Positions 19,641 through 28,278 of a stretch of DNA of 64,000 nt are shown here, piece by piece. Made by a program: the position numbers and the translations under genes. The notes beneath the pieces are model-generated. The model saw only the letters and a program-made list of their open reading frames with translations, had not been told where the DNA came from and did not search any database. The stretch is from Candidatus Zambryskibacteria bacterium CG10_big_fil_rev_8_21_14_0_10_42_12 (GTDB taxonomy: Bacteria; Patescibacteriota; Minisyncoccia; Phycocordibacterales; 1-14-0-10-42-12). Each line of letters begins with the position of its first letter. The first letter of the stretch is position 1. The stretch covers positions 138,250-202,249 of the forward strand of contig PCXL01000011.1 in the NCBI GenBank assembly GCA_002787695.1, read 5' to 3'.

Positions 19641-19815
19641 GAACGTTTATTTTATTGCCTCAATCTCAAATTAATAAATTTTAGAAGCAAGGCATAATTT
19701 TACATATATTTGTATAAAAGTCAACTATATGTCATAATAATATATAAAAGTGCTTTTGTAGAGCCGTATTTTTGTCACATAAAGATCAAAAAAGTCTTCT
19801 GATATAATGATTCCC

Positions 19816-20847
19816 ATGGCGTATATCGCACTCTATCGAAAATACAGACCACAGAAGTTTTCTGATGTTATTGGACAGGATGTAGTGGTCTCACAGCTCT
19901 CTGAGCAAATCAAAAATAAAACGATCGCTCATGCGCATCTCTTTTCAGGTGGACGTGGAACAGGTAAAACATCGGTGGCACGCATTTTTGCCAGAGAAAT
20001 AGGATGTAGCGATGAGGATATTTACGAAATTGACGCCGCGTCAAACAGAAGTATTGATGATGTGCGTGCCATTCGTGATGTCGTGCATATCTCTCCATTT
20101 TCTTCTCCATACAAAATTTACATAGTGGACGAGGCGCACATGCTCACCAAAGAGGCATGGAATGCGCTTCTCAAAACTCTGGAGGAACCGCCGGCACATG
20201 TCATTTTTATCTTAGCAACGACGGAAAAACACAAAGTGCCAGATACGATTATTTCCCGCTGTCAGGTATTTGATTTTCGAAAGCCGTCTCGTGCCGAGCT
20301 CGTACAAACGATAGAAAAAGTTGCTAAAGCCGAAAAATATTCATTACCCAAGGCAGGTGCTGAACATATTGCACTCCTCGGTGATGGGTCGTACCGCGAT
20401 ACGTACGGAATTTTGGAAAAAGTGATTCAATCGTCAAAAGATACAAAGATAACGCTTGATGAAATTTTAGAAGTTACTGGTGCGCCACAGAGTGACTTGG
20501 TACTGAATGTCATCAAGTATGTTGGGGAGAAAAAAGCGGATGATGCAATTGGTGAAATACAAAAGGCGAGCGTTAAGGGTGTAGATATGAAAGTGTTTAT
20601 GGAACTACTGCTCTTGAGACTTCGTCTCGTACTCTTGATCCGCTATGCTCCAAAGACGGGGAATATATTAAAAGAATCAGTTCCAGAAGAAGAACAAAAG
20701 ACACTCGAAGAAATGGCAAAGGATAAAGATCTAAAATTTACAGGAGAGACTCTCCTCGCATTTCTCGATGCTTCTAAAATGCTTTCATTTGCAACGGTGC
20801 CTGAACTCCCTATAGAACTCGCTATTATAAAATTGTGTGAAAAGTAG
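19816..20847 (+). CDS. dnaX: DNA polymerase III gamma/tau
   Basis: LYRKYRP, GGRGTGKT, DEAH, LLKTLEEPP, SRC. Confidence 0.97.
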   Translation: MAYIALYRKYRPQKFSDVIGQDVVVSQLSEQIKNKTIAHAHLFSGGRGTGKTSVARIFAREIGCSDEDIYEIDAASNRSIDDVRAIRDVVHISPFSSPYKIYIVDEAHMLTKEAWNALLKTLEEPPAHVIFILATTEKHKVPDTIISRCQVFDFRKPSRAELVQTIEKVAKAEKYSLPKAGAEHIALLGDGSYRDTYGILEKVIQSSKDTKITLDEILEVTGAPQSDLVLNVIKYVGEKKADDAIGEIQKASVKGVDMKVFMELLLLRLRLVLLIRYAPKTGNILKESVPEEEQKTLEEMAKDKDLKFTGETLLAFLDASKMLSFATVPELPIELAIIKLCEK

Positions 20848-20952
20848 AATCGGTGCCACAATGTGGTTTGCTTTCTTTTGGTTGGCTAATTCAAATCGAT
20901 TTTTTGTTAATTAGAGAGTGCCCGAGACCACGTGTGGTCCCGGGCATTGCGC

Positions 20953-21069
20953 TTAGCCGTTGTTCATCGTCAGCAGCAGTAAGACGAGTCCGAGGAAGGC
21001 AAGGAAGTTTTTGAGGATGCGTTTAGTACGGCCGATTACTGGCGGGTAGTAACGTTCGTTGACGGACAT
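20953..21069 (-). CDS. 38-aa membrane peptide (absent from ORF track)
   Basis: MSVNERYYPPVIGRTKRILKNFLAFLGLVLLLLTMNNG; SD AGGAG; hairpin 20919-20946 after stop. Confidence 0.62.
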   Translation of the reverse strand: MSVNERYYPPVIGRTKRILKNFLAFLGLVLLLLTMNNG

Positions 21070-21179
21070 GGCGGAACTCCTACTAATAGATTGAGGTTCT
21101 TCATGTATGTTGTCAAACAAAACTGTTGATATAGAAAAAAGCGTTGATTTTTGCTACACTTGCCTCGTATCTGTATTGC

Positions 21180-21312
21180 TCCGAGATCGCTCGCCTCGCG
21201 TCGAGGAGCTTGCGAGTCGAGGCGGGTCTAATGCTCCCATTTTGTTCAAGAGCTAAGCGATTGAATACAAAACGCAGTGCGCCGAAGCTTTAGCGGAGGC
21301 GTAGTAGGACAC
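21180..21312 (+). pseudogene. Relic tRNA-Gln 5' half carrying two insertions
   Basis: tccgagatcg [21190-21226] tctaatg [21234-21303] gtaggacac; joined 26-mer matches 21323-21348 at 24/26. Confidence 0.72.
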
Positions 21313-21322
21313 AGTGAAATTT

Positions 21323-21393
21323 TGCGGGATCGTCTAATGGTAGGACACCAGGTTTTGGTCCTGGGTATCTAGGTTCGAGTCCTAGTCCCGCAG
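21323..21393 (+). tRNA. tRNA-Gln(UUG)
   Basis: Acceptor TGCGGGA/TCCCGCA, anticodon arm CCAGG-TTTTGGT-CCTGG, T arm CTAGG-TTCGAGT-CCTAG. Confidence 0.97.
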
Positions 21394-21606
21394 CCTAAAA
21401 CAAAAGATTGGGATATGACATATCCCAAGAGTATTGTTTTACTGTAGAGACAGGACTCGAACGGCGGAGCGCACAAAGTCCGAGCATAGCAATGCGAGGG
21501 CGCGAGCCGGTGCCCAGACCTTGTATGAGTGACGACGAGTACAAGAGTCGAGGGAGAGAAGCGAAGCGGTCCTAGTCCCGCAGCAATGAACAGAAGCAAG
21601 AAATAA

Positions 21607-21717
21607 GTCTAATGGCCAGTCTCGCCAAAGCGTGAGCCTAGGCGGATAGGACGCTTGGTTTTGGTCCTGGGTATCTAGGTTCGAGTCCTAGTCCCGCAGC
21701 CTAAAACAAAAGATTGG
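21607..21717 (+). pseudogene. Second tRNA-Gln copy, 5'-truncated, with 31-bp D-loop insertion
   Basis: gtctaatgg [21616-21646] taggac...; 21657-21717 identical to 21351-21411 (61 bp); anticodon stem 5' strand altered. Confidence 0.88.
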
Positions 21718-21745
21718 AATAAGTGGTATTTGATATAATAGTCAT

Positions 21746-22036
21746 ATGAAAGTACGGCACATTTTACGAGTAACACTCATTACAGGACTCATATTGCTTG
21801 TGCCTTTAGTATTGCAACTGACTATCGGTAGTGGTATAGATGGTCAAGGTTTCAACTGGAAACTGAATGACTTTGTGTTTATGGGAGGTTTGATATTTAT
21901 AGCTGGGCTTTTGATTGATGTGGCGAGAAGAAAAATGGGCAAGAATCGATTGATTGCGATTGGTGTGATTGTCGTACTGTTCCTCTGGCTCTGGGCAGAG
22001 CTTGCGGTTGGTGTGTTTACAAATTGGGGGAGTTAA
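21746..22036 (+). CDS. Small membrane protein
   Basis: Three hydrophobic segments; WKLNDFV and WAELAVGVF; ATG 6 nt after TATAAT. Confidence 0.8.
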   Translation: MKVRHILRVTLITGLILLVPLVLQLTIGSGIDGQGFNWKLNDFVFMGGLIFIAGLLIDVARRKMGKNRLIAIGVIVVLFLWLWAELAVGVFTNWGS

Positions 22037-22049
22037 TTTTTTAATATAT

Positions 22050-22415
22050 ATGGCTACATACGTAGATGGGTTTGTATTTTCAGTACCGAAAGATAAGCGA
22101 AACCAGTATAAGAAAATTGCGCGTGAAGCGAAAGATGTGTGGAAAAAATTTGGCGCACTCGACTATAAAGAATGCCGTGCTGACGATGTAACACCACCGT
22201 TGGTCACGTTTACATTTCCTAAAATGGCAAAGACTAAAGAAGATGAAGAGGTCTGGTTCTCTTTTATTGTTTTTAAGTCAAAAAAAGAACGTAACGAAAT
22301 AAACAAAAAAGTTATGGCATACTTTGATGAAAAATATAAAGGTAAAAATATGCCGATGCCGTTTGATATGAAGCGCTTTGCGTACGGTGGCTTTACAACA
22401 GAGGTTGAAATGTAG
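22050..22415 (+). CDS. DUF1428 (YbaA-like) family protein
   Basis: YVDGFV...GALDYKEC.ADD...MPFDMKRFAYGGF. Confidence 0.9.
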   Translation: MATYVDGFVFSVPKDKRNQYKKIAREAKDVWKKFGALDYKECRADDVTPPLVTFTFPKMAKTKEDEEVWFSFIVFKSKKERNEINKKVMAYFDEKYKGKNMPMPFDMKRFAYGGFTTEVEM

Positions 22416-22476
22416 AGTCTGGTAGACAAAAAATAGACCTTACATACAATGGATATGTGCGTAATTTGTTAAATGT

Positions 22477-22854
22477 ATGAAAAAGATACTTATAATTATT
22501 GTACTTATATTGGTTGTGGGCGGGTTGTGGTATGTCATGGGTAGAGGTGATAGCGCGACACCAGAAAACGCGACTGAAAATGGATCTGTAGTGAGTGGTG
22601 TAGTGATCGGAGTTGATATGGAAGGTGTGGCAGTAGATGGTCCTGCGCTTGTTATGATTGAGACGGAGGAAGGCGACGTGAAGACGATCGCGATTCCATC
22701 TATGGGAATTTTGCTCTGTGAAGCATCTCGTATTGATGATGTGTTTGCAGTAAAAGCAGGAGATCGTGTGAGAGTTCAGGGAGACATAACACCGGACGGA
22801 TACATTTTACCGTGTGAAGAGGAGGAGCATTATTTTGAAGTGAGTGCAATATAA
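22477..22854 (+). CDS. Membrane-anchored hypothetical protein
   Basis: N-terminal TM, acidic soluble domain with two Cys. Confidence 0.75.
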   Translation: MKKILIIIVLILVVGGLWYVMGRGDSATPENATENGSVVSGVVIGVDMEGVAVDGPALVMIETEEGDVKTIAIPSMGILLCEASRIDDVFAVKAGDRVRVQGDITPDGYILPCEEEEHYFEVSAI

Positions 22855-22861
22855 AAATATG

Positions 22862-22908
22862 TAAAGCACGAAAAAACCTCCTAAAATAGGAGGTTTTTTC
22901 GTGCTTTA
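22862..22908. terminator. Long perfect hairpin / terminator
   Basis: taaagcacgaaaaaacctccta-aaa-taggaggttttttcgtgcttta. Confidence 0.8.
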
Positions 22909-22943
22909 TGGCTTTCCGAATATCTTTTTCGTATAGTGAACAT

Positions 22944-23876
22944 ATGGAAAAAGTGGCTAAACTAGGCATAAAGTGCGTACTCCATGGAAGTTTCAGAAAG
23001 CATTTTGATCTCATTCAACAAACGCGCCAGGTTTTTACGGATGCAGGCATAGAGGTTATCGCACCCAAACTGTCTGATATAGCAGGAGAAAAGGATGGTT
23101 TTGCATATCTTGAAGGAGAAGAAAACGCTGACCCAAGACTGATTGAACTTCTGTATCTCCACAATCTAAAAGATCTCGGACAAAATGGATTTAGTTATTT
23201 TGTAAATCCGGAAGGGTATATTGGAAAAAGTGTGTCGTACGAACTGGGTATTGCACAGCTCTCAAACATACGATGTTTTTTTATGGAAAACCCGAATGAT
23301 CATCCGGCTTATGTACATAAAAATTCTGTGTGGAAGCCTGAAAAACTTGCCGAATATATATTGGATAAAGGTGTACCACCCGACCCTCTCATCAAAAGAA
23401 ATGAAAAAGCACTTCATAAACTATGGGAAGATTTGATGGTGCCAGGTTCTATTGTGGCAGCAGGCGCGATGATTCAATATGAACCGAGGAAGACGACAGA
23501 TAAAAAGGAAATTCTCTTGGTAAAAACACACAAATGGGGAGACAGATATTCTATGGTGGGTGGAAAGGTGCGTCGAAATGAATTGTTTAAAGATGCTTTG
23601 TTGCGCGAAGTGAAAGAAGAAACTGGTCTTTCTGGGAAAGTTGATAGACATGTTTGTACCTTTGATCAAATAAAAAACTCCGGCTATTACAGATCAGGCA
23701 TTCAGCATATTTTTATTGATAACGTAGTAAAAGTGGACAGCAGACGAGTGACACTTAATGAAGAGGCGCAAGACTATATATGGATTACGGCAGAAGAAGC
23801 ACTGGCGTCTCTTCATATTGAACCAAATGCGCGACATACCATAGAGTTATATATAAATTTAATGCCACAACGATGA
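22944..23876 (+). CDS. Nucleoside 2-deoxyribosyltransferase-like domain fused to Nudix hydrolase
   Basis: VLHGSFR...IEVIAP...GYIGKSVSYELGIA; intact Nudix box GGKVRRNELFKDALLREVKEETGL; ATG 6 nt after TATAGT. Confidence 0.8.
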   Translation: MEKVAKLGIKCVLHGSFRKHFDLIQQTRQVFTDAGIEVIAPKLSDIAGEKDGFAYLEGEENADPRLIELLYLHNLKDLGQNGFSYFVNPEGYIGKSVSYELGIAQLSNIRCFFMENPNDHPAYVHKNSVWKPEKLAEYILDKGVPPDPLIKRNEKALHKLWEDLMVPGSIVAAGAMIQYEPRKTTDKKEILLVKTHKWGDRYSMVGGKVRRNELFKDALLREVKEETGLSGKVDRHVCTFDQIKNSGYYRSGIQHIFIDNVVKVDSRRVTLNEEAQDYIWITAEEALASLHIEPNARHTIELYINLMPQR

Positions 23877-24072
23877 AAAATATTCTTCATAAGATTTTAA
23901 TCTGAAAATTTTATAATGGGTATGACACCAACGGATCAATAATATACATATATAAAAAGCGTTGTGTGTCTCATAAAGGGCAAACCGTTCTCGGTTTGCC
24001 CTTTATGATAGTTTTGGAAATTCCGTTAAAATATCCTGCGCAAGCCGGACCCTGTTTTGATATAATAAAGCT

Positions 24073-24366
24073 GTGCGTATCATCAAAACATATCTCGAAT
24101 ACGTAAAAGATAACCCGGAAGGGTATTGGTTTAAGAGAAAGCTTTTTGGCTGGGGTTGGACGCCTGTTACATGGCAAGGCTGGTTGATTATACTTGTATA
24201 TATAGGACTAGTGCTTGCATTTGCGTTTACCATTGATGAATCCTCATCAGATTCGGAGGTAGTATTTACTTTCATTTTGCCTGTTGTGCTACTCACCATT
24301 ACACTCATTCGTATTGGATATAAAAAAGGTGAAAAACCAAAGTGGCAATGGGGATTGCCCAAGTAA
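24073..24366 (+). CDS. Small membrane protein
   Basis: YWFKRKLFGWGWTPVTWQGW plus two TMs. Confidence 0.8.
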   Translation: MRIIKTYLEYVKDNPEGYWFKRKLFGWGWTPVTWQGWLIILVYIGLVLAFAFTIDESSSDSEVVFTFILPVVLLTITLIRIGYKKGEKPKWQWGLPK

Positions 24367-24437
24367 GGGCAAGACTGAAGTGGTAAAAAATGGATGTATT
24401 GTAAGAATTGGAAACATCAGCGTCTTATAATGTACAT

Positions 24438-25340
24438 ATGAAAAATATAAATTATATATTGGGAATTGGGGCGATAATTATTCTTACATTGATTGGATTC
24501 TTTGTGTTTTCAAATGGTTCGGCGAAGTATATATCAGAAGTAGATAGTGCTCTTGAGGATCTTGGAGAGCAATTGGCAGATGCGCAGGAAGAAATCAGTA
24601 CAGGCACACTGACGACTGATAAGGCGACAGCAATTAAAGAGAAGATTTCAGGTAGACTGACAATAATCAATAATTCAATTGCCGGCGCATCACGTAATAC
24701 ACAATTGAATACCGAACAAAGACTGCAGATTGCAGCATCTCTTACAAAAATGAAAAACATGCTCGAACAGTATATTGAGACACTGTCGGTGATTGACCAG
24801 AGTGCGGGACGTAGTGATGAACGATTGACACAGTCGTTTAATGAAGTAGTACAGACGTTTGAAGAGCATGTAGAAGAGATTGAGCGTGAAGCGGAGGCGG
24901 AAGCGATTGAGGGTGATGGTGGTGAAGAAGAAAATAACGAGGAAGATCTTGGACAGATAGTACCAGAAGAAGGTTTTGAGGGTGAGGCCGATCCGTCGGT
25001 GATGACTCTGGGAATGACTACGTGGAATTGGATTCAAACTACATACAACAATGGTGATGTTGTAGAGCCGGACACGGCAGGAGAATTTACCCTTATTTTT
25101 AATGATGATGGCACATTTTCTGCGACGACGGATTGTAACGGAGTTGGCGGGAATTATACAACTGGAGATGGGCAACAACTGACATTTGGTGAGATGGTTT
25201 CAACACTAATGTTCTGTGAAGGATCGCAAGAAACGGAGTTTAGAGAAATGCTTGAAAATACATCTTCGTATTCGTTCACGTCTCGTGGCGAATTGGTCCT
25301 CGATCTCAAGTTTGATAGCGGATCAGTGATTTTCCGATAA
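24438..25340 (+). CDS. Membrane-anchored META (HslJ-like) domain protein
   Basis: TM, helical stalk, C-terminal TTDCN...STLMFC. Confidence 0.85.
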   Translation: MKNINYILGIGAIIILTLIGFFVFSNGSAKYISEVDSALEDLGEQLADAQEEISTGTLTTDKATAIKEKISGRLTIINNSIAGASRNTQLNTEQRLQIAASLTKMKNMLEQYIETLSVIDQSAGRSDERLTQSFNEVVQTFEEHVEEIEREAEAEAIEGDGGEEENNEEDLGQIVPEEGFEGEADPSVMTLGMTTWNWIQTTYNNGDVVEPDTAGEFTLIFNDDGTFSATTDCNGVGGNYTTGDGQQLTFGEMVSTLMFCEGSQETEFREMLENTSSYSFTSRGELVLDLKFDSGSVIFR

Positions 25341-25409
25341 TACGCGTATTACATCGTTAAAGAATTCGGTATCCTTTGCAGGATGTCGAATTCTTTGTAT
25401 CCTAAATAC

Positions 25410-26036
25410 ATGAAAAAGAATTATCTCATCACAGTCCTTGTGCTGTTTATTGTGGTATTAGCATTTAATAAATTTACAGAGCCACAAGAAGAAGTTCCTA
25501 GTGCCGATCTTATGAGAAACGGAACGTATACTATTAATGACGAGATGCGTCGCCGAGTCACTTTAGATGATTTCGGGGGAATACAGTATGAATTTCGAAC
25601 AGAACCAAATGGTTACATACTTGTAGAGCAAGGACTCGTAGAAGGTGATGATGCGGACCTTCAAAAAATATATGTTCTCATGTTAGAAAAAGACTACGCG
25701 GAATTTACCGACAGTACAGAACCACGCGAAGGACCGCCGGCAATCACTATGTATATTTTTGAAAATTCGCAAATCATGTTTCCGTTACAATGGGCACAAA
25801 ATCATGCAATCTATTCAAACATAAATACTGCAGCACTTGATGTAGCAGAGGTGACGGTGGGAGGAGCAAATACGATTCGGTATACTGCAGATGGATTGTA
25901 TATGACGGACAATGTAGTGGTTGCACATGGAGGGTATGTATATGTGATATCTGGCGCACATCTTGCAAATAATGATGTGTATCAGCAAGGATTTGAAAAT
26001 TTGGTAAAGAGTATAAAGTTTGTCGCAACACCTTAA
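25410..26036 (+). CDS. Membrane-anchored hypothetical protein (possibly PsbP-like fold)
   Basis: N-terminal TM; ends FENLVKSIKF. Confidence 0.7.
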   Translation: MKKNYLITVLVLFIVVLAFNKFTEPQEEVPSADLMRNGTYTINDEMRRRVTLDDFGGIQYEFRTEPNGYILVEQGLVEGDDADLQKIYVLMLEKDYAEFTDSTEPREGPPAITMYIFENSQIMFPLQWAQNHAIYSNINTAALDVAEVTVGGANTIRYTADGLYMTDNVVVAHGGYVYVISGAHLANNDVYQQGFENLVKSIKFVATP

Positions 26037-26065
26037 CAGTTGGAAGGCACTGTAAACTAGTATGG

Positions 26066-26185
26066 TCCCGTTAGAGATCACGGACGCTTGAAGGTAAAAT
26101 ATTGGATATGTATGATTACAAAAAGTTTGTTATTAATTAACTTTAGGTCGAGGACAATACGGTCCGCGTCCTATCTCTAACGGGA
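26066..26185 (+). mobile_element. MITE-like element, family C copy 1 (120 bp)
   Basis: 13-bp terminal inverted repeat TCCCGTTAGAGAT/ATCTCTAACGGGA; second copy at 48272-48388. Confidence 0.8.
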
Positions 26186-26403
26186 TGACAAAAAATAAAA
26201 ATATAATTGTAAGCCTTGGTAAAAATGTTTCTATTGTCGCAGGAATTGTACTTATCTGGAGAGGTATTTGGTATACGCTTGATAAAATAGATCTGGCCTT
26301 GTTTGGAGGTAGTCATGCATGGACAGCTATTGGTGGCATTATACTAGGGCTCATCATTCTTTATATCCCTGATGGCGATTGGCACGAAATTGAGAAACTT
26401 TAG
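26185..26403 (+). CDS. Small membrane protein
   Basis: LIWRGIW motif, two TMs; ATG overlaps element end. Confidence 0.8.
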   Translation: MTKNKNIIVSLGKNVSIVAGIVLIWRGIWYTLDKIDLALFGGSHAWTAIGGIILGLIILYIPDGDWHEIEKL

Positions 26404-26499
26404 TATGAGCAATATGAACTAAGCCACAAAAAGAGCCTGACGAAGCCGTTTTTGTGGCTTATTGGATACTGATCGCTCTAGTTTGGTACAATATAATAT

Positions 26500-27402
26500 A
26501 TGAAAAACGCAATTATTACATTGGTAGTCATTATTCTTATTGGCTTGGGGGTCTATATGTTTACTAGAGATAATGGAGAAGTGGTCGTACCGGAGGGCAA
26601 TGAAATTACAACTGAAAATGGTACACAATCAGAACAGGTACAAGATGAGACACGAACTGTTATCGGTCAGTCTGTAGAGGGTCGTGACATTGTTGCATAT
26701 CACTATACGTCGGATGCAACGACAACACCTGATACGAATGTATTGTTTGTCGGAGGTATTCACGGTGGATACGAATGGAATACAGCACTCGTTGCATTTG
26801 AGGCGATGGACTACTTTGAAAATAATCCAAATAATATTCCAGACAATGTTCGCGTGACAGTTATCCCTGTATTGAACCCAGATGGTCTTAACAAAATCGT
26901 AGGGACCAGCAGTCAATTCACAAAGGCGTATGTACGAAGTGGCGTAGATACAGTACCCGGCAGATTTAATGCAAACAATGTAGATCTCAACCGTAACTTT
27001 GATTGTGATTGGCAGGCGAAAGGTACGTGGCAGGACAAAACGGTGGATGCGGGAGACAGTGTGTTTTCTGAACCAGAAAGCCGCGCTATTCGTGATTATG
27101 TAAATGCAAATAACCCGGATGCAGTAATTGTCTGGTACAGCGCAGCGGGTGGGGTGTTTGCATCAAGTTGTCACAACGGCGTTCTTCCTGAGACACTCGC
27201 ACTTACCAATGCCTTTGCAAAAGCTTCTGGTTACAGAGCATACGAAGAATTCAACTTCTACGAAATTACCGGAGATATGGTGAACTGGCTTGCAAAAGAA
27301 AATGTACCTGCAATCAGTGTCCTTCTTACCACACATACAGATACAGAATGGAGTAAAAACCAAAAAGGTATTGATGCAATCTTAGAATATTACGCAGAAT
27401 AG
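26500..27402 (+). CDS. M14 zinc carboxypeptidase-family protein, probably inactive paralogue
   Basis: GGIHGGYE, LNPDG, VDLNRNF, FSEPE; WYS and ISVLL in place of WHS and ITVEL. Confidence 0.88.
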   Translation: MKNAIITLVVIILIGLGVYMFTRDNGEVVVPEGNEITTENGTQSEQVQDETRTVIGQSVEGRDIVAYHYTSDATTTPDTNVLFVGGIHGGYEWNTALVAFEAMDYFENNPNNIPDNVRVTVIPVLNPDGLNKIVGTSSQFTKAYVRSGVDTVPGRFNANNVDLNRNFDCDWQAKGTWQDKTVDAGDSVFSEPESRAIRDYVNANNPDAVIVWYSAAGGVFASSCHNGVLPETLALTNAFAKASGYRAYEEFNFYEITGDMVNWLAKENVPAISVLLTTHTDTEWSKNQKGIDAILEYYAE

Positions 27403-28272
27403 ATGAATCTTACTTCTAAAACAAAATTTGGTGTAGTCGCAATCCTGCTAATAATAATTGGCGGGATTGTGTGGTTTGTAAATACACGCCCGGAGCCGAT
27501 TGTGGTGCCGGAAGTCGTGGAAGAGCCGACATATTCAGAACAGGTAATTGGCACATCGGTTGAAGGGCGCGAGATCGAAGCTATTTCATTTGGAAATGGC
27601 GAGAGGAAGCTACTTTTTGTGGGAGGTATTCATGGCGGATACGAGTGGAATAGTGTGTATTTGGCATATCGTGCCATTGATTATCTCAAGGAAAATCCAA
27701 TGATAGTACCAGCGGATGTGCAAGTTACTATTATTCCGAATCTCAACCCTGACGGACTATATATAGGTATTGGTGCTGAAGGGCGCTTTGATCCAAACAC
27801 AACGCCTTCTATAGAAGAAACTGTTTCGGGCAGGTTCAATGCAAATGACGTTGATCTCAATCGCAATTTTGATTGCAAATGGCAGCCATCTGCAACATGG
27901 CGAAGTGCAACTATCAGCGCTGGTGATGCGCCATTTTCAGAACCGGAAGCGAGAATATTGCGAGACTATATTTTAGAGACAAATCCAGACCTCGTAACAT
28001 TTTGGCACAGTCAAGGGGGAGCGGTGTATGGGGCGGAGTGTGAAGAAGAAATTTTGCCGGCAACCAAACAAGCTGTGGATCTGTACGCAACAGCATCAGG
28101 ATACAGTGGGCACGATGTTTTCGACGCCTATCCGGTAACGGGCGATGCCGAAGCGTGGCTTGCATCAATCGGTATCCCGGCGATTACGGTAGAGCTCGAA
28201 ACTCATGAGACTATTGAATGGAATCAAAATTTAGCGGGAATCAAAGCGTTGTTGCAATATTACGGAAAATAG
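27403..28272 (+). CDS. M14 zinc carboxypeptidase (MpaA-like)
   Basis: GGIHGGYE, LNPDG, VDLNRNF, FWHS, ITVEL. Confidence 0.9.
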   Translation: MNLTSKTKFGVVAILLIIIGGIVWFVNTRPEPIVVPEVVEEPTYSEQVIGTSVEGREIEAISFGNGERKLLFVGGIHGGYEWNSVYLAYRAIDYLKENPMIVPADVQVTIIPNLNPDGLYIGIGAEGRFDPNTTPSIEETVSGRFNANDVDLNRNFDCKWQPSATWRSATISAGDAPFSEPEARILRDYILETNPDLVTFWHSQGGAVYGAECEEEILPATKQAVDLYATASGYSGHDVFDAYPVTGDAEAWLASIGIPAITVELETHETIEWNQNLAGIKALLQYYGK

Positions 28273-28278
28273 AATTGT

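Noticed and set aside
21369-21599. 76-aa minus-strand ORF
   Set aside because: Antisense to tRNA-Gln and its repeats.
21616-21646. tRNA intron in a functional second tRNA-Gln
   Set aside because: Copy lacks the 5' acceptor strand and has a disrupted anticodon stem, so splicing would not yield a tRNA.
4483-23876. Genetic code 25 (TGA as Gly)
   Set aside because: TGA ends pheS and rnhB at expected positions and conserved genes have no internal TGA.
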